Below are positions 17,713-27,338 of a stretch of 32,000 nt of DNA, one piece after another. The notes under the pieces are model-generated. The model did not search any database and was not told the origin of the DNA. It saw only the letters and a program-made list of their open reading frames with translations. The stretch is from Promethearchaeia archaeon. Lineage in GTDB: Archaea > Asgardarchaeota > Lokiarchaeia > Sigyniarchaeales > SOKP01. The position numbers were made by a program, and so were the translations under genes. The first letter of the stretch is position 1; every line of letters starts with the position of its first letter. The stretch covers positions 1-32,000 of the forward strand of contig JAWOFX010000075.1 of NCBI GenBank assembly GCA_046497275.1, read 5' to 3'.

Positions 17713-18957
17713 ATGAAATGTGCATTAGTAGACGGTGCTCTTGGTCATACAGGTTCTTTCTTAGTGAGAGAATTAGTAAAGCAAGGATGGAAAGTAATTG
17801 CTACTGATTTACAAAAACATACTCGAGATAAAGTAATGACAAAAGAATTTTTATTTGGTGTTAAGAAGGAATTCCTAGATTGTAGAAAATTGGAAAATGT
17901 AACTTATATCTCTTCAGACCTTACTAAAAAGCATACGTTAGAAAAATTATTTTCAGAGGATTTATTTGAGAGGGATAAAAAGAATTATGATGTTGTCTTT
18001 CACCCTGCTTCTTTATATGATTATGGGGCCTCTTATGAATTATTACATGAAGTTAATTATAATGGACTTTACAATTTATTAGACGTTATGTTTGACTATA
18101 GCGGAAAACTAAACATCAAACCTCCCAAATTTATCCATTGGTCCACATGCGGTGTATATGGAGAACCAATGTATCAAAAGGATAAAAAGGGATATATTTA
18201 CCCAGCTGATGAAACCGCTCCCTATGATCCTCCAAATAATTACTCTCAAACCAAGGTGGAACAAGAACATTTATTGTTTGAATTAGCTGAAAATAATAAA
18301 GATTTTAAATATGTAATATTAAGATCCGCTCCAATATATGGGTCTTATCAGACTTACGGGATGTTTCATATCTTTTATACAATATATATAATGGGCCATT
18401 CCACATTAGCTAAAATTTTTCCCAAAAAAAAGAAATTAATGATGCCTATGATTCATGTAAAAGACTTGGTAAGAGCAGCAATATTTTTGTCTCAAAAAGA
18501 AGAAGCTGTTTGTGAAATATTTAATGTTATTAACGATTCTCCACTCCAAGAACACTTTTTAGAATTCGTATATAATGAATTAGGCATTACTTTCTCAGTA
18601 ATCCCAATGCCATGGTTTTTTTTTAAACTCTTGAGTAAATTTATCTATTTCTTGGCTAAGAGGAAAGAAAAGAAGGCAAATCAATTGGGAATCCGACCAA
18701 AATTCGATCTTCCTATGGTAGAATATTTAACCCATCAATATTATTTTTCTAATAAAAAATTAAAAGATTTAGGATTCAATTTTCAATATAATGATTTTAG
18801 AAAAGGTGTGTTCGAGACCATAATGTGGTATAAAAAGCATGGATGGATTCCATATATGCGAGAAAAATTACCCGATTATGTTAATACAGAACCTAAACCA
18901 ACTCAATCATCAAAAATAAGATATAAGACCCCAATGGAGGGAGGTGAGATTTTTTAA
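17713..18957 (+). CDS. Extended SDR (NAD-dependent epimerase/3-beta-HSD-like)
   Basis: GALGHTG (GxxGxxG), VFHPA, HWST.GVYG, YSQTK (YxxxK), ILRSAPIYG and IHVKDLV. ATG 17713 is preferred over GTG 17704. Confidence 0.85.
   Translation: MKCALVDGALGHTGSFLVRELVKQGWKVIATDLQKHTRDKVMTKEFLFGVKKEFLDCRKLENVTYISSDLTKKHTLEKLFSEDLFERDKKNYDVVFHPASLYDYGASYELLHEVNYNGLYNLLDVMFDYSGKLNIKPPKFIHWSTCGVYGEPMYQKDKKGYIYPADETAPYDPPNNYSQTKVEQEHLLFELAENNKDFKYVILRSAPIYGSYQTYGMFHIFYTIYIMGHSTLAKIFPKKKKLMMPMIHVKDLVRAAIFLSQKEEAVCEIFNVINDSPLQEHFLEFVYNELGITFSVIPMPWFFFKLLSKFIYFLAKRKEKKANQLGIRPKFDLPMVEYLTHQYYFSNKKLKDLGFNFQYNDFRKGVFETIMWYKKHGWIPYMREKLPDYVNTEPKPTQSSKIRYKTPMEGGEIF
18940..18947 (+). promoter_or_regulatory. Shine-Dalgarno GGAGGTGA for the coupled downstream gene
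   Basis: Full GGAGGTGA lies 9 nt upstream of ATG 18957, which overlaps the upstream stop (TAATG). Confidence 0.65.
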
Positions 18958-19442
18958 TGGGTTTTGCTTCTAGTCTCATAATTCTTTCCGTATTAGGATT
19001 GTTTTCACATTATTTTTATCGAAGATTTGGTATAGCAAAAGGAAAATTAGCGTGGATTTCCTATTTTACCCTTTTTGTAAATTTAGGATTTTTAATCTTA
19101 GATATTTTAATTTATGCTGGGTTTTTTAATTTTTTATTTCCGATCTTTAACAATCTTCCTTGGGTCTTTATTGAAAATGGAAAAGATTTTATGTGGAATT
19201 CATTTCAATTGATTGGGGTAAACTGGTCAATCCCTTATAATACTGCTTCTTTAAACACTATAGCAATATTCTTATTCATTTCTTATCCTATATGGTTTAT
19301 GTTTTTTAAAGATTTTTCAAGGAAGATTTTTGGAGGGAATGAAAAGCGTCCCTACACAAAAGGAATCAGCTTTTTATTTACTTATCCTAAAAAAACCGAG
19401 GATGAGACAGATTTTGCTAAAAAACCAGAATTAGGCGATTAA
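18957..19442 (+). CDS. Small membrane protein (about 3 TM) translationally coupled to the SDR
   Basis: TAATG overlap, its own SD, and hydrophobic segments flanking GKDFMWNS and YPIW motifs. Confidence 0.75.
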   Translation: MGFASSLIILSVLGLFSHYFYRRFGIAKGKLAWISYFTLFVNLGFLILDILIYAGFFNFLFPIFNNLPWVFIENGKDFMWNSFQLIGVNWSIPYNTASLNTIAIFLFISYPIWFMFFKDFSRKIFGGNEKRPYTKGISFLFTYPKKTEDETDFAKKPELGD

Positions 19443-19468
19443 TTAAAAAAAATAATAAGTAAAAACTT

Positions 19469-20350
19469 ATGATTGATCTTCATTTACATTCTAATGCTTC
19501 CGATGGATTGGACACACCCCAGCAATTAGTTCAGAAAGCAAATAGTTTAAATTTAAAAGCTATTGCATTAACAGATCATGATACAATTGATGGAATAGAG
19601 GAATTTCTTGTGGCAGGGGAACAAAAAAGAATAATCACTCTTTCTGGAATAGAATTTTCAATAAAGCATGAGCCTGAACGAGAAATACGAGATGTACATA
19701 TTGTGGGATTAAATATCGATCCATCCTCGCCTTATTTAATTAAAATATTAAAAAAACAAAGAGAGGGAAGGATTCAACAAAAAAAAGAGATTTGTAAAAG
19801 ATTAGCTCAAGAATTAGGATATAAAATCACATTTGAAGAAGTGAAGAGCATAGCTCAATCTGATACGATCGGACGCCCCCACATAGTTGAGGTGCTTATT
19901 CGCAATAATTCAGAAAGACTTAAAGCATTTACAAAAGATCAAATTTTTAAAATGATCAGTCTTGGAGGAGAAGCGTATGTTGATCGAAAATTCGAAGTTT
20001 CTCTAGAAAAATCAATTGAAGTTATAAAAAGAGCACAAGGTATACCCATTTTAGCACATCCCGGTATATATGAGGTTTCTGATAGGAAAAAGTTCGTGGA
20101 ACTTTGTATAGATGCGGGTATTGAAGGAATAGAAATCGAATATCCATATAATAAGAATAGACCTTATGTAGGCACTGAGAAAGCAGAATGGGCACACCAA
20201 TATTTACCAAAATATTACCTTAATCTTGCTAATCAGTTTAATCTCATTAAATCTGGAGGTTCTGATTATCATGGGGGTAAAAAGGGTTTAAAAATTGGTG
20301 AAGTGGAAGTTCCCGACAGTTATCTAGATGAGATATTAGAAAAATTTTAA
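19469..20350 (+). CDS. PHP-domain metal-dependent phosphoesterase (TrpH/YciV-like)
   Basis: DLHLHSNASDG, IALTDHDT, GIEFS, VHIVG, GRPHI, ILAHPG and GGSDYHG motifs. Confidence 0.92.
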   Translation: MIDLHLHSNASDGLDTPQQLVQKANSLNLKAIALTDHDTIDGIEEFLVAGEQKRIITLSGIEFSIKHEPEREIRDVHIVGLNIDPSSPYLIKILKKQREGRIQQKKEICKRLAQELGYKITFEEVKSIAQSDTIGRPHIVEVLIRNNSERLKAFTKDQIFKMISLGGEAYVDRKFEVSLEKSIEVIKRAQGIPILAHPGIYEVSDRKKFVELCIDAGIEGIEIEYPYNKNRPYVGTEKAEWAHQYLPKYYLNLANQFNLIKSGGSDYHGGKKGLKIGEVEVPDSYLDEILEKF

Positions 20351-20374
20351 TTAAATTGAAGAAAATTCACGCGT

Positions 20375-22357
20375 TTAATCCTTAAGGAATGCTTCTAATT
20401 CTTTAATTTCTCTATTAATATTTTGTTCCAACGCATCTAATCTGCTCTTTTTCTCATGTAATTCTTCAGCGGTTATTTCCCCTGAAAGTTCTTGCATTTC
20501 GAAATCTAAACCCATTTTTGAAACTCTTGCTTTTTTAATTTTTAAATCCATCAGCTCTTTTTTAAGTTGTTTCTTTTGTTCTTCAGAGGCTCCTGTAGGT
20601 AAAGAGCTTGCTATTGTTGGTTGAATTTCTTCTTCTGGTGGTTTTTCAAGTTCTGAAGGAGGTTCTGTACCCCTAGCTTTATCTGTTTTAATTTCTTTTT
20701 TAATTGGTGGAGAAACGATCTCCTCTTTTTTAATTTCTTGTTTTGGAACTTCTTTAACATCCAATGATTTTTGCAATTCTTCATTAGGTTGTAGTTGTCT
20801 ATCTGCAATTTCAGGATTTGCTACATGTCCATATGCAGAGGTCTTTAATTTCTTTTTTGCGTCTTTTGGAACTGTTCCAACTGTCTTAGGTTTTTGTTTA
20901 ATCATAAAATCTTCAGGATTTAATTTTAATCCCAAATCACTCTCAACCTTAGTAGGTTGCGTTATTGGAATTTCTTTATCTTCTATTCCCTCTGGGACAC
21001 TCTCTGGCTCTGGAGATTTCATTTCCTTCTCTTCCTTGCGTGGAAGAGGCTTAATTCTTGGTTTTGAAGCCTCTATATCTTCTTGTGGTGCTTCCATTGG
21101 CTCCTCGATTTCTTCTGGTTTCTCAATAGTTTTCTCATCATATTGTACTTTAGGTCTCTTTTCCTCCTCTAGCGTCTCCTCTTCAATTATTTGCTCTTTT
21201 TGTATTTCCTCTTCCATTTGCTCTTCAAGTAGCTGCACTCCTTCTACTTTCTCCTCTTCAATCTCTTTCTCTTCTACTGGTAATTCTTCTTTAACTACTT
21301 TTTTCTCTTCGCCACCCAATCCCGAAAGTTGTGCTTTTATTTTTTTTCCTTTATTATAAAATTCCTGACTTAGCGAATCATCACCTAAATCAATACATAA
21401 ATCGCTTATCTCTTCAAATAAATCTGCTGCTCTAGCAAAATCAGCATTTTCCAAAGCTTCTTGAGCTTCTTTCATTTTTTCATCTCGTTCTAATAAGGGC
21501 TTCAATAATGGGGATATTTCAGTATTCATTTCTAAAATATCTGCTATGATTTTTATCATCTTATCCCTGTTGTCAGGATCAATAGCTATCATTGAATACG
21601 CCTTCAACCCCAATATATCCTCGATTTTATTAGGTTTTAATGCTTTTTCCAAATCCTGTTTATTCGCTATCACTGCTGAATGAGCGTTAGGTGCTTGTTC
21701 TTTAATAAGTTCTAAGAAGAATTTACTTTTTTCAACATTTTCTAAAGTTGAATCTGTAATCAATAATGCAGCATCACTTCCTTTAATGAAGTTAGACCAT
21801 AAATAACTGAATTGTTCTTGTCCAGCAAAATCCCATAAGTGGAAGTGCAATTTTCCAATCCTAATCGTTGCGATATCCCCAGTTATCGTAGGAATATGTT
21901 GCATTGGAATTTCTTCCGCTTTGATTAGTCTTGTTATCGTAGTTTTACCCACTCCAGAAAAACCAATTAAAGAGATTTTAGGACGAAGATTTCTATGAAT
22001 CGCATCAACTGTTGGATCAAATACTTCAAATGTTTTTGTATCAAACTTATGTTGGAGAATATCATCAAAAAGATTTAAAAACTCTTTTCTGCATCTCCGT
22101 AATTCTTTTTTAATGTCCTCGAAATTATCTGTAAGACCTGTAACAAATAAAAATAATAATTTAAGGTCTTTATCGGTTATATATGAGATCCTATATTTAT
22201 AGAAATCATGATAATCAACCTCATCAGCAGTTTTGCTGAATGCCTCGTCTTCTATCTCATCAATCACAGATGCTAATGCTTGATCCTTCAAAGCTTTACC
22301 AAATTGTCTGTGATATAATAACTCATGTGCTTTATAGATATATACTTGTCGTAAAAT
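20375..22357 (-). CDS. Longin-like N-terminal domain + Ras-superfamily (Arf/Rag-like) GTPase + helical module, acidic linker and C-terminal coiled coil
   Basis: G1 GFSGVGKT, G2 HIPTI, G3 WDFAGQ, G4 ANKQD. The frame stays open 5' of the track's TTG (22291) through ILRQVYIYKAHELLYHRQFGKAL to a TGA at 22366-22364. The likely start is ATT 22357. Confidence 0.85.
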   Translation of the reverse strand: MLRQVYIYKAHELLYHRQFGKALKDQALASVIDEIEDEAFSKTADEVDYHDFYKYRISYITDKDLKLLFLFVTGLTDNFEDIKKELRRCRKEFLNLFDDILQHKFDTKTFEVFDPTVDAIHRNLRPKISLIGFSGVGKTTITRLIKAEEIPMQHIPTITGDIATIRIGKLHFHLWDFAGQEQFSYLWSNFIKGSDAALLITDSTLENVEKSKFFLELIKEQAPNAHSAVIANKQDLEKALKPNKIEDILGLKAYSMIAIDPDNRDKMIKIIADILEMNTEISPLLKPLLERDEKMKEAQEALENADFARAADLFEEISDLCIDLGDDSLSQEFYNKGKKIKAQLSGLGGEEKKVVKEELPVEEKEIEEEKVEGVQLLEEQMEEEIQKEQIIEEETLEEEKRPKVQYDEKTIEKPEEIEEPMEAPQEDIEASKPRIKPLPRKEEKEMKSPEPESVPEGIEDKEIPITQPTKVESDLGLKLNPEDFMIKQKPKTVGTVPKDAKKKLKTSAYGHVANPEIADRQLQPNEELQKSLDVKEVPKQEIKKEEIVSPPIKKEIKTDKARGTEPPSELEKPPEEEIQPTIASSLPTGASEEQKKQLKKELMDLKIKKARVSKMGLDFEMQELSGEITAEELHEKKSRLDALEQNINREIKELEAFLKD

Positions 22358-22363
22358 AAAAAT

Positions 22364-22368
22364 TCACC
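22364..22368 (-). promoter_or_regulatory. Shine-Dalgarno GGTGA 6 nt upstream of a putative ATT start
   Basis: Minus strand reads TAATGGTGAattttt ATT TTA CGA CAA. Confidence 0.45.
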
Positions 22369-22369
22369 A

Positions 22370-22861
22370 TTAGCTTGAAATATATTTTATTAAATCCTTT
22401 ACTATTGAATAATTATCTTTTTTCTTTTTTTCTTCTTTCAGAGTTTCTTCCATTTGCGAAAGCTCCTTCTTGAAATCAAAATTAGAAAATTCTATTGTTT
22501 CTTGTTTGATAATCTTGTTGCTCAAATTTTTAAGAAACATACGAATGCTTGGCATAAATTTTGCCAAATTAACATCAAGACCTAGTTTAGAAATCAAGAT
22601 CAAATCTTCACTAAATGTAAATAAATAATTATATTCTTTTGCCTCTAACGCGAAAGATGTGATCATATCAAGAGAAAGAACATTAGCAATATCGTGTCGA
22701 TTTAAAATTAGTTCAAGAATTTTTTGAGGAATTACTTTTCCTTTAGAAAATTCTTCGATTGCTGACCCCAAAATAATTCCATATTTATTAGCTATTGCGC
22801 ACTCAGCGTTCAGTTCATTTTCTAATTGAGTAATTATTTCATCGTAATCTGTATCGATCAT
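22370..22861 (-). CDS. Putative roadblock/profilin-like small alpha/beta protein upstream of the GTPase
   Basis: Helix, then AIANKYGIILGS (beta hairpin), helix, and NYLFTFSEDLILIS strands. Size and position next to a longin-GTPase fit the roadblock/longin superfamily. The fold is inferred. Confidence 0.55.
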   Translation of the reverse strand: MIDTDYDEIITQLENELNAECAIANKYGIILGSAIEEFSKGKVIPQKILELILNRHDIANVLSLDMITSFALEAKEYNYLFTFSEDLILISKLGLDVNLAKFMPSIRMFLKNLSNKIIKQETIEFSNFDFKKELSQMEETLKEEKKKKDNYSIVKDLIKYISS

Positions 22862-22968
22862 AAATTTAAGGAATTAATGTTTTATTAATTTAATAAAATA
22901 TCATTTATTTATATTTTATCTATATTCTTTGGAATAAAAAATCCTATATAGATAATTTTTCTCTAATT

Positions 22969-23754
22969 GTGAAGCCTTATAAAGTTCATTTTACTGAAAA
23001 AGAATCAGACATTACAATAATATCAGACTTAAAATCTGCCATAGCTAATGCACAAGAGGCATTTTATCGCCATAGAAAGGATTTAGAACATTATATTTCC
23101 AAACATAAGGATTTTTTAACTTCTTTTTCACCTGTATCTGTTAATACTTCTCTCAAAATAATAAATATTATGGCAGAGGCTGCTTATATTTGCGATGTGG
23201 GACCAATGGCGGCAGTAGCGGGAGCATTGGCTGATCTTATGTATAAATCAATGATACAAGAAGAAGAAAAACACAAAATTCCCAAAATAGCATTAGTGGA
23301 AAATGGTGGAGAAATTATCATAGATTCAAAAAAATCCTTACGAATTGCTTTATATGCAGGTGATAATGAATTAAATCTCAATATTGGGTTTCTTATTGAA
23401 GAATCAGATTGTCCCATTGGTGTTGCTACTAGTTCTGCTACTGTTGGTCATGCCATTAGTTTAGGAGAAGCTGATGCTGTTACAGTTTTCGCTGAAAATG
23501 CAACGCTTGCAGATGCTGCAGCTACAAAGATTGCTAATTTAGTTAAGGGAAATGATATAGAAAAGTCTATCAAAAAAGCTTTAGATACTGCTGATGATTT
23601 ACAAGAAATTAGAGGAGTGTTTATAAATCGTGAAAACAAAATTGGAAGGACAGGAAAAATACCTAAAATGATTAAAATTGAAGGAAATAAAAATCAACTT
23701 ATTCATAAAAAAGCAGAAGATTTACTTTTGAATGATTTTGACATATTTAAATGA
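22969..23754 (+). CDS. UPF0280 / ApbE-like family protein
   Basis: VGPMAAVAGA, LVENGGEI, GVATSSATVGHAISLGEADAVTV and LADAAAT motifs. GTG start; its stop overlaps the convergent gene by 8 nt. Confidence 0.85.
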   Translation: MKPYKVHFTEKESDITIISDLKSAIANAQEAFYRHRKDLEHYISKHKDFLTSFSPVSVNTSLKIINIMAEAAYICDVGPMAAVAGALADLMYKSMIQEEEKHKIPKIALVENGGEIIIDSKKSLRIALYAGDNELNLNIGFLIEESDCPIGVATSSATVGHAISLGEADAVTVFAENATLADAAATKIANLVKGNDIEKSIKKALDTADDLQEIRGVFINRENKIGRTGKIPKMIKIEGNKNQLIHKKAEDLLLNDFDIFK

Positions 23755-26011
23755 CCCAGTATATTGGTTTCTCATCTCCACTGCTTGGTTTGGAAGAATA
23801 AATTCTATTGAGATAAGATAGATTATAATATTGTTCTACTTCTTGATCAGATAATCCACTATAAAATGTCCATGTTTCGAATCTAAAATAATATCTCGTT
23901 AAAAATAGATATACATCTGTTCCATAATCTTCTTTAATCTGCGTTAATCTATTAGTACCATTGTCATATATATGTAATTCCGGTTTCAAATATTGATCAT
24001 CCATATATATAAAATAATGAATGTCTTTAGCTTCAAAATTTTTATTTGCTGCGTTATATGGATAATCATAGTAAAAGAATGGTAATCTTTCACCAAATTC
24101 TACAATAAGAATTTTTTTATCTGAACTATATTGAGAGAAATCTTGAATGGGCTTTAATTCTTTTTGCTCAAAACTAAACAATTTAGCGAAGTAAGAGATT
24201 TCTGAAATTGAAATAAAAAGAGAAATGATCATAACTGAAATTAAAAAAATTTGGATTTTTCTGTTTTTAAATAACTGTAATTTGATGAATTTATATAAAT
24301 ATGCGACGAACCCAATAGCAATAAACGGTGAAAAGAGTTCTAATATGCGTGGCCAGATAGTGCTGCTTGCAAAAAGCAGATTATAAAGAAATCCAAGTGC
24401 GAGAATTAAAGCAAATCCAACAAATAATATATATAAAAACTCTCCGCGAGAAGATTTTTGAAACCATATGAAACCCCAAGTCGCAAATATGCCAATTAGA
24501 AGGATTTCAATAATTGTAAATAATGTCTGTATGTTTAAATTAAAAATTAGATTATTTGCAAGAAGAAAAAATGTCGTTAATATACCCATTATCATAATAG
24601 CAAGGGGAATAACAAATTTTTTCTCTATTCTCTGCTTCTTAATTATCTGTTCTTTTTTATATTGAAAAAATATATCTTTTTTCCCAAATCTTATCCCTCG
24701 AATAAATTTTCGAATTATTGGTATTAAAATTATAGCAACTCCACTAATCGCAATTAAGTAATAATAAAATGGAAAATTTAACGCTCCTGAAAATCCACTT
24801 ACGATACTCAATAAATGCCCTACTCCGATATTAAACCCAACAAATATGGCTAATATCACGCATAGAAAAATCAGGATTATAAAATCAAATCCTCTCCTAT
24901 AATCTTTTATGAAATAAATGAGATAAACCCATATATATGCAACTAAAAAAATAGTTGTAATTAGTGAATGTGTTAAGGTGCTCCCTATAAATAATAAAAT
25001 TATTAAAATGTATGAAAATAACAAATTTTCTTTGATCTCCTTGATTGAGACATAATCAAATTCAACAAATTTTTGTCCTCGTGAGTATAAAAGATAGAGG
25101 ATCAAAAGTGATTGTAAGACTGCCAATGTTTCTGGCCAAAAGCTATTCACAATTCGAATAAAACCTAAGGACGAAAATTCTAATACAAAGACTCCAAATA
25201 CAGCCAAATTTGTATTTTTAAATATCTTTTTAAAAAAGATATAGAGTAATAAACCCGATAAAAGAATAGAGTATGTTGTAAAATATCTGGGAATCAAGAA
25301 AATGTTAATGTTTGAAAAAAAGTAATATACTGTACTATATATATGAATTCCCATTGCGCTATAATAATCTTGGGTTGGCAAATAACCTTTTATGTCTATG
25401 ATTTTGATAATCATGACGTGTAGCCACGAATCAGAATTATTAAATGTACTCACTAAAGTTAAATATAGTATACATAAAAATATAAGAAAAATCGTAAGTA
25501 AAATGGCATTTAGATTATTGATAATTTTAGTTTTTAAATAACTATATAATGAAAAATCATTTTGTATTGTTTCAATTTTTTCTTTTTTTTCATCTTTATC
25601 TCTGTTATTATAATCGCTTAGGCTTTTATAATATAAAATTATAACAATTAAGATGCCATAGACTATAAGGATAAAATAAAAGAAAAATAATCCGTTAAGA
25701 TAAAATCCTATCAAATTACCAAAAAATCCAATGATAATATACAAAGAGAGATTAGACATAACAGTGAAAACAAACTTTTCTAGGAGAGTTAACTTATCAT
25801 TTTTTATTAAATTGAAAAATAGAGGATATGTGGGAAATAAAAGAATGATATATAATCCAATAAAATATTGAAGAATCCCCAAATTTATAATATTAGTCAA
25901 AAACAGAAGAGTTTCTAATAAAACCAACGATGAGATCATATGAAAGATTATATTGTATTTCTTTTTTATAAAATATCCAATTCCAAAAATAATCTTATCT
26001 AAATCTTTCAT
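23747..26011 (-). CDS. Large polytopic membrane protein, probable GT-C-fold glycosylation protein
   Basis: More than 15 hydrophobic segments. Contains a luminal SDSWLH loop, YYSAMGIH, FWPETLA and LTHSL, with a soluble C-terminal domain. Lies in a GT2/GT87/epimerase cluster. Confidence 0.6.
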   Translation of the reverse strand: MKDLDKIIFGIGYFIKKKYNIIFHMISSLVLLETLLFLTNIINLGILQYFIGLYIILLFPTYPLFFNLIKNDKLTLLEKFVFTVMSNLSLYIIIGFFGNLIGFYLNGLFFFYFILIVYGILIVIILYYKSLSDYNNRDKDEKKEKIETIQNDFSLYSYLKTKIINNLNAILLTIFLIFLCILYLTLVSTFNNSDSWLHVMIIKIIDIKGYLPTQDYYSAMGIHIYSTVYYFFSNINIFLIPRYFTTYSILLSGLLLYIFFKKIFKNTNLAVFGVFVLEFSSLGFIRIVNSFWPETLAVLQSLLILYLLYSRGQKFVEFDYVSIKEIKENLLFSYILIILLFIGSTLTHSLITTIFLVAYIWVYLIYFIKDYRRGFDFIILIFLCVILAIFVGFNIGVGHLLSIVSGFSGALNFPFYYYLIAISGVAIILIPIIRKFIRGIRFGKKDIFFQYKKEQIIKKQRIEKKFVIPLAIMIMGILTTFFLLANNLIFNLNIQTLFTIIEILLIGIFATWGFIWFQKSSRGEFLYILFVGFALILALGFLYNLLFASSTIWPRILELFSPFIAIGFVAYLYKFIKLQLFKNRKIQIFLISVMIISLFISISEISYFAKLFSFEQKELKPIQDFSQYSSDKKILIVEFGERLPFFYYDYPYNAANKNFEAKDIHYFIYMDDQYLKPELHIYDNGTNRLTQIKEDYGTDVYLFLTRYYFRFETWTFYSGLSDQEVEQYYNLSYLNRIYSSKPSSGDEKPIYWVI

Positions 26012-26186
26012 AATCTCTATTTCTTCCTCTTTTTTTATTCATAGTTTTGGTTTAAATTTAAATTATTCTGTTCCTTCATACTTCTAACTCATTCTAATAT
26101 AATTTCATCGTATTTAACTCCTGAAAGGAAGTTATAAAATTCAATTCGCTTAATGATATCATTTTGAAATTTTCTCATTTTTTATT

Positions 26187-27149
26187 TTACTCTTCCCATT
26201 CGGTAATCCAATCATAAGTTCTTTTCAAACCCTCATCAATAGTAATTTTCGGATGATAATTGAGAAGTTTTTCTGCTTTGGTAGTATCTGAATGGGTAAC
26301 ATCAACATCTCCCTTTCTTTCATCAACATATTTAACATTTTTTGGTTTTTCTGCTATTTTATAGATTTTATCTACTAATTGGTTAACAGAAATTGGATTC
26401 GAGCACCCTAAATTAAAAATCTCCCCGTTTGTTGATTTTTTTTCTGCTGAAAGAATTAAGCCATTTATAATATCAGAAATGTAAGTAAAGTCTCTTAATT
26501 GTTCCCCGTCTCCATAAATTAATATCTTCTCATCATTAAGTACAAGATGAAAAAATTTTCTTATTGCCATATCAGGTCTTCCTCGCGGACCATAGACAGT
26601 GTAAAATCTATTTGAAGTCACTGGTAAATTATATTCTCGATAGTAATAATCTGCATATATTTCACCTGTTAACTTTGATATCGCATAAGGAGATATTGGA
26701 GATTTAGGGTGCTCCTCATCTACAGGAGTATATTCTGGATTTCCATACACTGATGAAGAAGAGGCATATATTATCTTTTCAACTTCATTTTTCACCGCAT
26801 ACTCAAAGATTTTTACTGTACTTGTTATATTATTATGAGATACTTCACTAGCATTTTCTATGGAATAGCGCACCCCTGCTTGAGCGGCTAAATGAAATAT
26901 TATATCGATTCCGTCCTCCAATTGGTCATAAGTAGAATCTTTTAAAAGATCACATCTTAATAGGGAATAATCTTTATTTAAAGTTAGGTGGCTTGTTAAT
27001 TCTGTGAATTGTTCTTCTTTTCCACTATAATAATCATTAAAATTGTCAATTACGATCAAATGATTATTATGTTTACTTAACTCTTCGAACAAACTTGTTC
27101 CAATAAAACCAGCCCCTCCTGTAATCAGAATACGTTTATTTTTAATCAT
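26187..27149 (-). CDS. NDP-sugar epimerase, UDP-glucuronate 4-epimerase-like
   Basis: ITGGAGFIG, HLAAQAGVRYS, ASSSSVYG, YAISK, RFYTVYGPRGRPDMA and RDFTYI. The AGVRYS and RPDMA motifs are typical of this subfamily. Confidence 0.88.
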   Translation of the reverse strand: MIKNKRILITGGAGFIGTSLFEELSKHNNHLIVIDNFNDYYSGKEEQFTELTSHLTLNKDYSLLRCDLLKDSTYDQLEDGIDIIFHLAAQAGVRYSIENASEVSHNNITSTVKIFEYAVKNEVEKIIYASSSSVYGNPEYTPVDEEHPKSPISPYAISKLTGEIYADYYYREYNLPVTSNRFYTVYGPRGRPDMAIRKFFHLVLNDEKILIYGDGEQLRDFTYISDIINGLILSAEKKSTNGEIFNLGCSNPISVNQLVDKIYKIAEKPKNVKYVDERKGDVDVTHSDTTKAEKLLNYHPKITIDEGLKRTYDWITEWEE

Positions 27150-27338
27150 ATTAAGATCTCTTTAGTTTTATATTCTTTTTAACTAATTTCTTTTAGGCTT
27201 CAAATTACATATTTAACAATAGAAAATAAAATTTTGTAAAGTCTCCTCTACTCTTATAAATATATATGATAATCTGATAAAATATATTCATATAAATTTC
27301 AAGACAAAAATTAGAGTTATTACATAATTTTGATTTTT

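Noticed and set aside
22358-22367. A 10-nt intron that would join ATG 22370 to ATT TTA CGA (MILRQ)
   Set aside because: It is too short to hold an intron stem plus central helix, and no complementary flanks are present. ATT initiation with the GGTGA SD is simpler.
26012-26042. Upstream out-of-frame ATG plus an A7 run that could extend the 754-aa membrane protein by 10 residues (phase variation)
   Set aside because: The gene has its own in-frame ATG at 26011, the extension adds nothing recognisable, and A-runs are ubiquitous here.
26115-26134. Small hairpin TAACTCCT-GAA-AGGAAGTTA as a SECIS or structured RNA
   Set aside because: It is too short, lacks the SECIS core, and no in-frame TGA selenoprotein candidate is nearby.
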